A program made the translations under genes and the position numbers. The notes under the pieces were generated by a model that saw only the letters and a list, made by a program, of their open reading frames with translations, was not told the DNA's origin and did no database searches. A DNA stretch of 64,000 nt from Eledone cirrhosa (Eukaryota), in contig OZ024749.1 of the NCBI GenBank assembly GCA_964016885.1, positions 41,602,001 to 41,666,000 on the forward strand. Direction: 5' to 3'. Within the stretch, counting starts at the first letter, position 1. The number at the start of each line of letters is the position of its first letter. Below are positions 16,193 through 30,800 of the stretch, piece by piece.

Positions 16193-16226
<34 letters not shown>

Positions 16227-16485
16227 TATATACATATACATATATATACCATATATACATATACATATCATATATGATATATATATATATATATATATAT
16301 ATCATATATACATATACATATATATACCATATATACATATACATATCATATATGATATATATATATATATATATATATATATCATATATACATATACATA
16401 TATATATACATATACATATATATATATATATATATCATATATACATATACATATATATATACATATACATATATATATATATATG

Positions 16486-16524
<39 letters not shown>

Positions 16525-16549
16525 CATATATATCATATATATCATATAT

Positions 16550-16587
<38 letters not shown>

Positions 16588-16605
16588 ATATATATATATA
16601 TATAT

Positions 16606-16640
<35 letters not shown>

Positions 16641-16645
16641 TATAT

Positions 16646-16676
<31 letters not shown>

Positions 16677-16728
16677 CATATATATATATATATATATATA
16701 TATCATATATATATATATATATATATAT

Positions 16729-16763
<35 letters not shown>

Positions 16764-17622
16764 TTGCGAGGTTTTTTATATGAAATCGTGTGTCGAAACA
16801 GATATTGTTATATTTGGGGAGGGTCATATTTGCGTAATATTGCCAGAATTAATAACAGAACACACTCACTGTTTGGTTGGTTTTCGCTTCTCGCTGTCTT
16901 TTATATATATATATCTGCGATCTAACTTACTCGGTCCTCAATGTTGCCATTGACTGACCGGCGGTCAAAAATAATACAGATACAATATAGACAAACACAT
17001 ATATATATAGTTTACATAAATCTTTCGTTGCACATCTGCAACATCGTCAGTGGTGTTATATTCATTGTTCCTCCTGTTGTGTTGTATGTCTACGCCATTT
17101 TTTTGTTGTTCAGTCTGTCTATAGACAGACTGAACAAAAAAATGGCGTAGACATACAACACAACAGGAGGAACAATGAATATAACACCACTGACGATGTT
17201 GCAGATGTGCAACGAAAGATTTATGTAAACTATATATATATGTGTTTGTCTATATTGTATCTGTATTATTTTTGACCGCCGGTCAGTCAATGGCAACATT
17301 GAGGACCGAGTAAGTTAGATCGCAGATATATATATATAAAAGACAGCGAGAAGCGAAAACCAACCAAACAGTGAGTGTGTTCTGTTATTAATTCTGGCAT
17401 TATTACGCAAATATGACCCTCCCCAAATATAACAATATATATATATATATATATATATCATATATATATATATATATATATATATCATATATATCATATA
17501 TATCATATATATATATATCATATATATATATATATATATCATATATATATATATATATCATATATATATATATATATCATATATATATATATATATCATA
17601 TATATATATATATATCATATAT

Positions 17623-17653
<31 letters not shown>

Positions 17654-17728
17654 CATATATATATATATATAATATATATATATATATATCATATATATAT
17701 ATATCATATATATATATATATAATATAT

Positions 17729-17788
<60 letters not shown>

Positions 17789-18113
17789 CATATATATATA
17801 TATATATATCATATATATATATATATCATATATATATATCATATATATATATATATATATATATCATATATATATATATATCATATATATATATATATCA
17901 TATATATATACATATCATATATATATACATATCATATATATATATACATATCATATATATATATATATCATATATATATACATATCATATATATATACAT
18001 ATCATATATATATATACATATCATATATATATACATATCATATATATATACATATATACATATATATATACATATATATATATACATATCATATATATAT
18101 ACATATATATATG

Positions 18114-18145
<32 letters not shown>

Positions 18146-18219
18146 GATATATATATATATACATATATATATACATATATACATATATATATATATATCA
18201 TATATATATATATATATCA

Positions 18220-18260
<41 letters not shown>

Positions 18261-18290
18261 CATATATATATATCATATATATATATATAT

Positions 18291-18384
<94 letters not shown>

Positions 18385-18385
18385 C

Positions 18386-18417
<32 letters not shown>

Positions 18418-18450
18418 CATATATATATGTATATATATATATATCATATA

Positions 18451-18503
<53 letters not shown>

Positions 18504-18550
18504 TATATATATGTATATATCATATATATATGTATGCATGTATGTATGTA

Positions 18551-18590
<40 letters not shown>

Positions 18591-19220
18591 TACACGCATA
18601 CACACATGCATGCATACATATATATATATATATATATATATGTACATACATATATCTATATATATATACATACATATATATATATATGGAATATGTGTGT
18701 TTACATAAGGAGTCAATGAAAGAAAGGGTCCTGAACATTTTGATACTAACCTTCTCCCGAGGGTTCGACACACAGACAGCTGGAGCTGGCTTCAGAGGAA
18801 ACATCAAAACAGGAGACTGTAAAAAGAATAATATATATAGAAACTCACTCAGATGGTGGATGGGTGCTACACGAGAATGCCGAGGATGGCACTGAACATT
18901 AATCAGTATACACTGAGGATGAAAAACTCAGAGCTGTATGGGAGCATCCCAAAAGTCAGCTCAAAAGTGACACAGAGGAGACTGAGGTTGGCTGGACATG
19001 CTCACCGACATCCAGAGTTGACATATATATATATATGTCTGTGTATATATATATATATATATAGGTGTAAGGAAGGGCATCCAGCCAGAGACACCCCTAT
19101 ATGAGCGAGACATGGTCATCTGACACAATTTGCCTGAAAATAGGACCCGTCTTACCCATGCTAGCATGGAAGATGGATGTTAATCGAAGATGATGATGAT
19201 ATACACACACACACGCACAC

Positions 19221-19257
<37 letters not shown>

Positions 19258-22200
19258 TATAGTGGTGATAGTTATAACATTGACTAGTGAGGTTGATGAT
19301 GATGATGATGATGATGATGAAAATTAAAGCAGAAATCCTAACACAACAATATATTATATAAGAGATTTACCTGCAAGTTTCAACTGCGTTGGATGTGCAT
19401 TAGCTGCTGGTTTGGACTCCGACGTATATACTGCAAATGTTGGTACAGATTGCGACACCTCTAGACACTGCACAGAGTTGGACGATGGGAACTGTTCAGA
19501 TTGTTCACAGAGAATATTGGAATCAAGTGCCAACGACTCTACGTCAGCTGCAGCAGCTTCGGATTGCATAAGGCCACACTGCGATTCAGTTTGTGCATTC
19601 TGTTCGTCAACAGCTGTAATACATAATGTAACACAATATAGATGTAACATGACATAAATGTCTATGGTTTTCAAATCCCTTTAAAAATTATCAAAATTTA
19701 TTAAGCTGATGTTAGATATAATTTAACCCATTAGCTTTTAACCAGTCATATCTGGCCAGAATTCTCTCACCTCTTTCTATTCAAACTTGCCATAATCGGC
19801 AGCTCATACTTATGTTAAGGTATTGTTTTCAAAATAAATATCAAAACCGATTCGATATTACGTGAAATAAAGCATTTAGCACAAAAATACAATAGTAAAT
19901 ATAGAGTAATATAAATGCTAAAGGGTTAATAAAGGTTCTTACATAAAATTATGGTGGAAGGTTTTTAGATAAATATAAATACTTTACAATGGGCAGTTTT
20001 ATAACAGAGAACTAGGGGAAATTTCAAGTGATTTGGTATCACTCAAAGGGGTTAAGAAGAAGCAGAAAAAACATGTACAAACCTTTCTCCGTGTGCTCAA
20101 TAATCTGGCGAATAGCTTTTTTCAAACTGTTTGCACGACACATAAGAGCTTCTCTTGGCTTGAATATCATCTTCAATATAGAAATGTAAATATAAATACA
20201 TGTAATAATAGTTTCTAGCATAGGAATAAGGCCAGGCCTTTTTTTAGGGGAGGAGGGGAGGGGAGTTGATCGTATCAACTCCAGTACTTGACTGGTACTT
20301 TATTTTATAAACCTCTGAAAAGATGAAAAGCTAAGACAACCACGCTGAGATTTGAATCAACCCTAGTATATTAATAGTCCTTTAATTTGTTGACCCATAA
20401 GGATGAAAGACAAAGTTAACCTCGGCAGGATTTTGAACTCAGATCGTAAAGAGGTGTAACCCTCTGCTGCAAAGCATGGCGTCTGACCCTCTACTGCCAA
20501 TAGGGACCCCAGATCTAGCATGTTTTTACAACTCACACCTATGTAGGTTTAGTTGGTCTCCTACGAGGTTGTATCTCAAAGGAGGTTTCTAGAGTGTTTT
20601 CATGATAGGGACCCCAGCCATGTCACATTGCAATAATTCACACTTATGTGGTCACATGCCTTCCACATTTAGTATTTAAATATATTTAAGCATCCTTACG
20701 CCTTTTGTGTTCTTAATACCAGTAATCTCTCCGGGGACTGTGTCCCTGTCAGGAGAACTCGCTTCATCTTTCTCATCACTTGAACATTTGAAGCAGCTTT
20801 CTTGAGCAGACACCTATAAGTCACAAGGGAGATAACTATTAGATACATATGCATTGAGTGGGGAAGAGGGAAAGAGAGAGAGGAGGCATAGTGAAGGAGT
20901 AGAGAAGAGAACTTTTATTAGAGCAATAATGAGAGAAGGGGAAACATACACACATAAATACACACACATATATATAATAGTGTATATAGTCAGAGAATGT
21001 ATGTTAAAATATATAGAATAGTATATATATAGTCAGAGAATGTATATTAAAATATATATTATAGTGTATATAATCATCAGATAATGTATGTTAAAATATA
21101 TATTACAGTGTATATATAGTTATGAAACTATGTATGCTAAAAGATGACATGTGGAACGGAGTTAAACAGAAATCTACAATATTTAAGACAGAAGACTGCA
21201 ATGAAACTACTCTCACCATATGAGCTTCATCATTCAATGTCTTCAGTAAACTTTCCAGCTTTTCATTTAAAACATTACACTGTAAATAGAAAACATAAAT
21301 AAATATAAAAGACAGTTTTATCTGTTAACACTATTTAGACGAAATTTGAAAATTACTTCACTACGGTCTTGCCAGAGTTACCGCTCTTACATTTTACATC
21401 TCTCTTAGACCGTTAAACCAACTAGTGGAGAGGGCTTTACATCTGGTCCGCGTCTTTTACCAGCTTTGGAGTTATACATTTTACAGCTGCCCACGCCTAT
21501 TACCAGCTTTAGGGAGATATATTATACATGTGGCCTGAGTCAATTACCAGATTTGCATGGTCCTATATTTTACATCTGGCCTGGGTCTATTACTAGATAC
21601 ATTTAAAACTTGTCCTAGGCCTGTTAACAGTTTTAGAGGTATACATTTGACACCTGGTCTAAGGCTATTATCAGTTTTTCACCATGTGATGTGTTAACTC
21701 AGTATCACTTCAACCCAAGCTAGAGGATTAACTAAAAAAAAAGTGTTAGAGTTCAATACTTTGTCATGTTTTAGAAATAAATGCTCCAGGTTACACCAGA
21801 GAGGCGGGGAGAGAATAGCATACATCATGGTGTCCCCCAAAGATGTATACACAACTTTGATTACCTGTACAGACAAGGCAATATTTATTAGAATGCTATT
21901 GAAGTGAGTTTTTGGGACACCCTGTATTTACTTATTCATCCTCATGTTTATTTTCCACACTAGCATGGATTGGACAGGTTGTTACAGTCCAAGACATGAC
22001 AAGCAAGAGAGACCTCAGCTTGCTCAAATGTTCCATATTTTTGGCATGATCTCTACAGATTATAAAGTAGTAGAAATAACTACGCACAATGATGTTTAGG
22101 GATCACTGGCTTAGGATGACCCCAAGCTTGTTAAGTAAGAGCAAGGAGAGAGAAATAACTTACTTTAGACGATATAGATGTCTCTCCTGTCTTTTCTCCG

Positions 22201-22617
22201 TCACCATCCTGCGACTGCCCGACTTTGCATACAAATTCTTTCACAGTTTCACATAAAACTCTGAAAGCAGAAACATTGAAGATGTTATTAGTTTGGTCAA
22301 AACATAGGCTTCATTGTACTCTAACAAAACATACTTTTCTCTTTCATTAACATATTTCTAGCCTAGAATATTCAAATCATTTTGAAAATAAGCAAGAATC
22401 TTTTTGGTGTTTGGAATTTAACAAAAGTTCTTACAAAAAAAAATTATGGTGGAAAATATTTAGATTAATATATAAATGCTTTAATCTTTTCGTTGCCATA
22501 TTTCTAATGAAAGACATTGCCTTTGGTTTTAAAATAATTTCGAATGGATTTAATAAAAATCCATTAACTTTCTCATTATTAAGCCGATGTTTGTAATACA
22601 CGTATATAGATACATAG

Positions 22618-22648
<31 letters not shown>

Positions 22649-23708
22649 AATGTGTATGTATGTAGAAAAGCAAGAAAGAAATGTTACATACTTGGCAGAT
22701 CTGATCACAACAGTATGGTCTGTGGAATGCAATATTTTAGACAAATGGTCAGCCACACTATCTTCATAGATGCCAATACCTTCAAACTGGGGTGAAATAA
22801 AGAATAGAAAAATATACAATAGTAACTTGGAGAGAGAGAGAGATAACAAAGTAGAGAGGCAGTTATTAAATGGTGCTTCTATGAAAGCTTAAGTAACGAC
22901 TAGACTAGAACAATAATCAGTTTTAATACAAAACGCTCTCACACATACATCATCACTGTTTTACATCCCTTTAACATGCTGGTATAGGCTGGACTAACCA
23001 TCACATTCTGTGACAAGGAACATCAGATGATTGTGTCTAGCTCATATATGCTATTTTGGCATGGATTCTACAGTTGGATCACCTTCCTAATATGGCATTA
23101 GGAAGGAAGGGCATATATATATATATAAAGTTATATCTGTATATATATATATATATATATCAACCACATTTACATATATATATACTTCCCAAAGAAAAAG
23201 GAGAAAGTGACTTCAAAGTTTACACGTTGCCTCTTCAAACAGTGATAGAGGGTTTTTATATGAGAGTTTGTGCATGCATGGGTGTGTGCGTGCGTGTGCA
23301 TGTGTGGTGTCAATAGCATTTATATAGTTTATGTTTGCTTGGGTTCGTGGCTGGCTTTGGTATAAACTGAGTATATTTATGTTAAAGTTAAAGCAATTGA
23401 TGGTCATAGTTCCAATATATACATCCATATATATATATATATATACATCTCTATATATATATACTAGTATCCATCTAATTATGGAGGGGCCGATAATGTT
23501 GTTAGAACTCAGTGGCTGAGAGGAAGATGGAGTGATAGATCAGGGATTTCAAGACTAGAAATAGTTAGTGACATAACCACTGCATTTTAGTCGATATATA
23601 GATCTACCACGATCAATCAACCTTCAGAAACGATCGTAAAACAATGAACTAATTAAGAACCCATCTCCGACTTTTTTGTTTTATTTTCATTGTTCATTAA
23701 ACACGCAG

Positions 23709-23777
<69 letters not shown>

Positions 23778-23792
23778 TATATATATATAAAT

Positions 23793-23845
<53 letters not shown>

Positions 23846-24286
23846 AATATATGTAGGAGGTGAGTTTTATTGTAGTACAATAAAGCAATGCAGATATCGG
23901 ATAAGAAGCACTCTACAGTTTGTGGGACTGGAGTATGCATAATATAAGATCAAAAGATGGTTAAAGGAGTTCCATATATTTTATTATGCGCATTTCAAAA
24001 ACAAACATCATCAAACAATAATATTTGTGTTTTCATCAGATAAAACAGGAGAACATGATATGAAGGCTAAAAAACACTTGTTGATAGTGCAGTTTTAAAC
24101 CAACATATGTTGATTTAAAACTGCACTATCAACAAGTGTTTTTTAGCCTTCATATCATGTTCTCCTGTTTTATCTGATGAAAACACAAATATTATTGTTT
24201 GATGATGTTTGTTTTTGAAATGCGCATAATAAAATATATGGAACTCCTTTAACCATCTTTTGATCTTATATTATATATAAATATAT

Positions 24287-24332
<46 letters not shown>

Positions 24333-24822
24333 TGTATATATACTTATAATATAAATACCAAATAATATCATTATATTTACACATTTCAGATAATTTATCT
24401 CTAAATAATTACTTGTATGATTCTGTAATTGTTAATTAATAATGATAATTAATTAATTAATAAGGTAAGGTACAGTAAGATACAAAAAAGGGGGAAATAA
24501 TAATGAAAGACAAAGAGAATGACAGAATGAGAGGATGAGAATAAGCTAAGTTACTATAGCAACCTGTTGAGACAACTTTCTGGGTGTAGGCATGGTACCT
24601 TCATATGTCAGTATACTCCATCTGAGGAGAGGAAGAATGGGGGCAGGTTTACAGTCAGTTTCAATGTAAAGAACAAGGTTTTAAATCATCATCATCAAGA
24701 TCACTAACACTCTCACCATAACTATCATCATCATTAATACTATCGACAACATCATCATTAGCAGCAGCACTCACTATTACCACCATCACTCACTACTCAT
24801 CAGCTGCAGCACTGATTTTTCA

Positions 24823-24853
<31 letters not shown>

Positions 24854-27800
24854 TCACTCACTATCATAATCATCACCAACATCATCCTCATCAGCAACAT
24901 CACTCATACACCATCCTTATCATCATCATCACCACCATGATTAACTTCATTGCTATAATAACCATAACCATCACGATTATGCATTGTAGTGCTGCATTAG
25001 TATTTATGCAGTGCTGCTGTAGTGTTTTTGCAGTGCTGCTGTAGTGTTTTTGCAGTGCTGTTATAGTGCTGCTGTAGTGTTTTGCAGTGCTGTTGAAGTG
25101 CTGCTGTAGTGTTTTTGCAGTGCTGCTGTAGTGTTTTTGCAGTGCTGTTATAGTGCTGCTGTAGTGTTTTGCAGTGCTGTTGAAGTGCTGCTGTAGTGTT
25201 TTTGCAGTGCTGTTATAGTGCTGCTGTAGTGTTTTGCAGTGCTGTTGAAGTGCTGCTGTAGTGTTTTTGCAGTGCTGTTGAAGTGCTGCTGTAGTGTTTT
25301 TGCAGTGCTGCTGTAGTGTTTTGCAGTGCTGCTGTAGTGTTTTTGCAGTGCTGTTGAAGTGCTGCTGTAGTGTTTTGCAGTACTTTTGGAGTGTTTTTGC
25401 AGTGCTGTTGAAGTGCTGCTGTAGTGTTTTGCAGTACTTTTGGAGTGTTTTTGCAGTGCTGTTATAGTGCTGCTGTAGTGTAGTAGTAGTAGTAGTAGTA
25501 CTAGTAGCAGTAGTAGTAGTAGTATGTTCAAACCTCACTATACGTACCGATCCAACATCTTGATCTGAGAATGTTCCAGTTTCTCCAAGAGAGCATGTAG
25601 CTGGGTATCATCATCAAAGGCTGATCCCCACCCTAACACCCTGGCCAGATCATTACCAGTACCAAATGGTAACACTCCAATTTGACACTGCAACAGAGAG
25701 ATAGATAGATAGATAGATAGAAAGATAGATAGATAGAGAAATCAGACACCAAGTGGGCAAGGAAGGTGGGGCGAGGGGAATGTAAAGTACAAAAAGTAAA
25801 AAAAAAAAATCTAATAAAAAACATTACTAAAAAGTTGAAAACAAATTATTTAAGTTATAAAATTAAGAAATTGATTAATTATAAAATTAACAAAAAAAAA
25901 GTAACATAAAAAATACGAAAATAAAAAAAAATAAATTTAATGGTAAAAAATTATAAAAATAAAAGTATATAAAAAACACAAATAAAAACAAACAGAAAAA
26001 TAAGTAAAAACAAAGAAATACACATGAAACGGAATAAAAAGCTGAAAAAAAGTCGGTTTTAACATTTGGTGTAGCTCAGACATGTCTGTTTGGCTTTACT
26101 CCCAAACTTCTCTCTCTCTCCCTTTTGTTATCTCTCACATATACATATATATATACACACACACACACTCTTGCTATCTCTCACAGACATAAATATGCAC
26201 ATACATGTACACACAAACACACATACACACACACGCATACTCTCTTGCTATCTCTCATATGAACTCACACACATACATACATTCACACCACCACCACCAC
26301 CAGCTTAACCCACAATACCATAACCCAACACCATCACCACCACCACCCTAACCAGCAATAGCATAACCCCCACCACCAGCCTAATCAGCAATACCATAAC
26401 CCCAACACCACTACCACCAACCCACTGGAAGTACTCCACTGTCCCTGGGTACATTGCCAGCTATTAATAAACAACAGTTCAGATTTAAACATCAGCCACA
26501 CAAGATGTACCTACTTGTGCCAGTTTCTGAGCCAACAGTTTAACCCTTTCATTACTAAATATAATGAAATAACATTATATTTCAATTAATTAATGAAAAA
26601 TTTTGAGAGATTTACTAAAATTATTAATTATTTCATTACTAAGACAGTAACTCAACATGCGGTTCTTATATAAAATTATGTTGAAAGATTTTAATTTAAA
26701 TAGGAACTATAAAAAGATGGTTTTGTTCTATAGAACCAGAACCAGTTTTGACCAGGTTTATATTAAAAGAATTAATGAGGAATTCTAAGGGATTTAATAA
26801 AATTATTTATCATTTCATTACTAAGCTTAATTCTTATGTAGAATTATGTTGGAAGATTTCAATTTAAACCGGCTGTATCCAGCTAGAATTTTCTCACCCC
26901 TTTCTGTTCAAACTGGCTATAATTGATAAAATAACTACCAGTAAATTAGAGTTGATATGATTGGCTAAGCCCTTGAAAGTGGTGACCCAGCATGGCCACA
27001 GTCCAATGACTGAAAAAAGTGTAAATGCATACACACACACTCACACGAACGCATCCATGCACTCACGAATGCATATGTGCACTCAGACAAATGCATGCGC
27101 ACACACGCACACACAGAGAAATAAACATACCTGTTTGTGAATATCTAACTTATCTATTTCAGTTAGCACCCAGCCAATGCTGCCATCTCCTCCACAAACT
27201 AAAATTCGAAACTGGTGAAATTTCTGAAACAACCTTAAACTGTAAAGAAAAGAAGAATCATTAGATTCTGTGTACAATCCCAGTGTATGGCAACTTGTGC
27301 ATGTGTGTTACACACACACACACACACACACATATATAGTGTCCCAAAAATTGTATACACACTTCAACAGCATTCTAATAAAAGTGTGTATACATTTTTT
27401 GGGACACCCTGTATATATATTTAAATAAGGTAACAACCAAAGATAATACTTCAAATCATTTTATTAACGTCTACACATGTTTCAACTTTAATGTTACCAG
27501 GTAACATTTTAGTATCACCAGGACATCAATGTTGGATTTGGAGGATGACAATGGGTCTCATACCCACCTTTATTGATCTCTCTCTCTATATATATATATA
27601 TGTGTGCCCCAGCATGGCCACAATCTAATGACTGAAACCGATAAATGAAGTAAAAGTATACACAACTTACCCTGGGTAAGGGCCTCCATTCATAAGATCA
27701 AAGACCTGTGCAGGGTTTAACAACTGCTTAAATCGCCGCAAAAACTTAACACCCTAAAATTTAGAGAAATCCATTTGAAATATTAGTCTTGACAGAAAAA

Positions 27801-30800
27801 TTAAAATTACATAATTTCTATGAAATATTCTGGAATATGTGGTCAGAATTGTTTGAAGAAGCTGGTACAATACAAGTTAAAAATACAAGAGTGAAAATTG
27901 GAGTTTAGCCAACCACTTTTTCAGAGCATACTGGGTGTATTCTATCATGACACCTGAACTAGGAAGACTGCCATATCGTTGAAATCACTGATGAGACTTC
28001 TCTATGTTTTTCAGTATGGTTTCTATGGTAGGGTAAACTGGAGTTTAGCAGGCCACTTTTTCAGAGCATACTGGGTGCAATTCTATCATACCAGAACTAG
28101 GGAAATTGTCATGTCCTTGAAATGACTGAAGGGGTGTCGCTATGCTTTTCAGTGTGGTTTCTATGACAGGGTAAACTGGAATTTAGCTAACCACTTTTTC
28201 AGAGCATACTGGATACATTCTATCATGCCTCCAGAACTAGGGTGACTAGAGTGTGGGGTGTGGAGGGGATTATTCGAGCCCCAAGAGGAATTAAAAAGAG
28301 CATCTTACCTGGTTGTCTCCACTTTTGGAATTGACAAAAACTAATAAAGGACTAGTTCCTGGAGGTCTGGTAGCTTCCCAGAACCCATCAGAGTCCATAC
28401 TATTGATGGCAGTTGGTGGTAGAATTGATACTCGGCATTGGCCAAAAGGACACTTTACTGACATCTTTTCTCGACAGCTGATGTGAACCTGGAGTAGAAC
28501 AGGGAACAATTAGAACAAGACATCTATATATAAATTTCAGCGACTTCCGTCCATCACACAATGTGTGTGTGTGTGTTTGTGAATGTGTATTTTTGTAAGA
28601 GTGCCTGTGTTTGCGCAGTTATAACTATATACTCATACACGCGTCAGCGTGCTGAAAAAAATTCTAGTTCTTAAAAAAATACAAAACAGAACTATGACTC
28701 CATCACATTTTAAATTAAACTCTAATACTGCAAATTTTCACAATGATCTATCCACTAGTAAAGTTACTATAAGCATTTGAATTAATAAACCACATGAGAC
28801 CATATTAGCAAAACATTCTAGAAAGGTTCAAAATAACACTAACTGCATCACATTCAAAATTAAAGGCACTTTTCTAATACTGCAAATGTTTGCAACAATC
28901 ACTAATAAAAAATACTAAAAATATTTTGATTAAAAAAAATCTGTTTTTAGATATTTTCTGTTTACAGGCTGCTAAGTGTTAAGTTATAAATCTCCCAACA
29001 TAATTTTATATAAGAAATCTATGTTAAGTTATTATTTTAGTAACAAAATAATTAATTTGAGTGAATCCATTAAAATTTTCTGATTTAGAATAAGTACACT
29101 ATTTTCTTGAATGATATAAAAGACAACTAAAAGGGCTTGAAGAGCATCCTGCTGTAAAATATCTAACAAACAACCCCAAGACATGGCTAACCTTTGCTTT
29201 AGCAGGGAAAATGGCCTTAAAATGCTTTCTGTTGTCTCAAAATTCTTCATTAATTAAGTGAAAAAAAATGTATTTCATTAGAAATGTGGTCGTGAATGGG
29301 TTAAACAAACAGCATACTCACCATTGCTCGACACCAGATACACCGCCAATCTTGTAAACGTAAAACACTGCCACAGGTTTTCTCACAGACATTACACTTG
29401 GCACTGACAGGTAGGTTACCTTCCAGCCATTGATGGGGCATATGGATCTGTAAAAGACAGGTGAAAACTATAATAAAGATATCTCACATATGGATCTATA
29501 AAATATAGGTGATAACTTACAAAACTATAAAGATATCTCATAGATGTGAGCTGTAAGAACATGATTTAAAACACCCAAGAAACCTCCAGTGACATACAAC
29601 CTTGTAGGAGGCCAGCTAAACCTACATAGGTGTGAGCTGTAACAACAACAACAACATGATAGGACTGAGACCTCCTATAATTAAAACATTCAATAAACCT
29701 CGAGTGAAATACAACATTGTAGAAGGCTAGCTAAATTTACATAGGATGGAGCTGTAATAACAACAACATAATAGGACTGGGGCTCTTTATCATTAAAACA
29801 CACAAGAAACCTCCTGTGAGATGTAACCTTGTAGGAGGCTAGCTAAACCTACATAGGTAGGAGCTGTAACAACAACATAAGACTGGGGCTCTGTATCACT
29901 AAAACACCCAAGAAACCTCCTTTGAAAAACAACCTCATAGGAGGACAACTAAACCTACATAGGTGAGAGCTGTAACAACAACATGATAGTACTGAGGCCT
30001 CCTATCATTAAAACACCCAAGAAACATCCTGTGAGATGCAACCTTGTAAGAGACCAGCTAAACCTACATAGGATGGAGCTGTAACAACAACAATATACAC
30101 TATTGTTTTCATAACTTACCTCATCTTCATCTTCAATGATTTCCTTACCCACTGATGCTAAACTTGTCCACTTGCAGTTAGAAGAGGCTTTAACTGCACA
30201 TTTTTTATGTGCTTTGAATTTACATACTGGTAAAAGAAAAACAATTAGTTTAAATTAACACACTGCTAAAGAACAAACAACAAAAACTAGTCAAATAAAA
30301 GGAAACAGGCTATTTTTTTTTTACTAGATTTGAATAAATGCTGTTTTATATATCATTTTGGGGTCAAAATTTTATAAATTATTTTTTGGTCAAAATTTTA
30401 TAGATTTTTTTAGTCAAAATTTTATAAATTGTTTTTTGGTTAAAATTTTATGAATTATTTTTGGTCAAAATTTTATTAAAAATTTTTTCATTGCCTGTGA
30501 TTTTTAAATAATTCTGAAAATAATCAAGAATTTGGAAAGATTTAGGAATATCACTTTCTCATTATTAAGTTGGCACAAGAACATAATTTAACCCTTTAGC
30601 ATTTAAACCAGCCATATCCGACCAGAATTCTCTCATCTTTTTCTGTTCAAACTGGCTATAACTGGCTGCTCATACTTATACTAAGGTTTTGTTTGCAAAA
30701 TAGATAATATCAAAATCTCATAGATTCGATATTATGTGAGATAAAGTTTTATCATGAAAATACAATAGTAAATATAGAGTAATGTAAATCTTAAAGAGTT

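Larger units (their letters stand above)
23939..24274. repeat. Spacer-less palindrome with ~168-bp arms
   Basis: Centre at 24106/24107 (caacat|atgttg); one mismatch seen; near (TA)n and (GA)n tracts. Confidence 0.92.

Noticed and set aside
16941-17299. Two near-identical 69-aa ORFs on opposite strands
   Set aside because: Explained by the DNA palindrome; no recognisable domain or splice context.
15950-18895. Many YIYI ORFs
   Set aside because: Translations of (TA)n microsatellite.
24900-25538. 212-aa TLQQH repeat protein
   Set aside because: Intronic minisatellite; the DGK exons on either side splice in phase without it.
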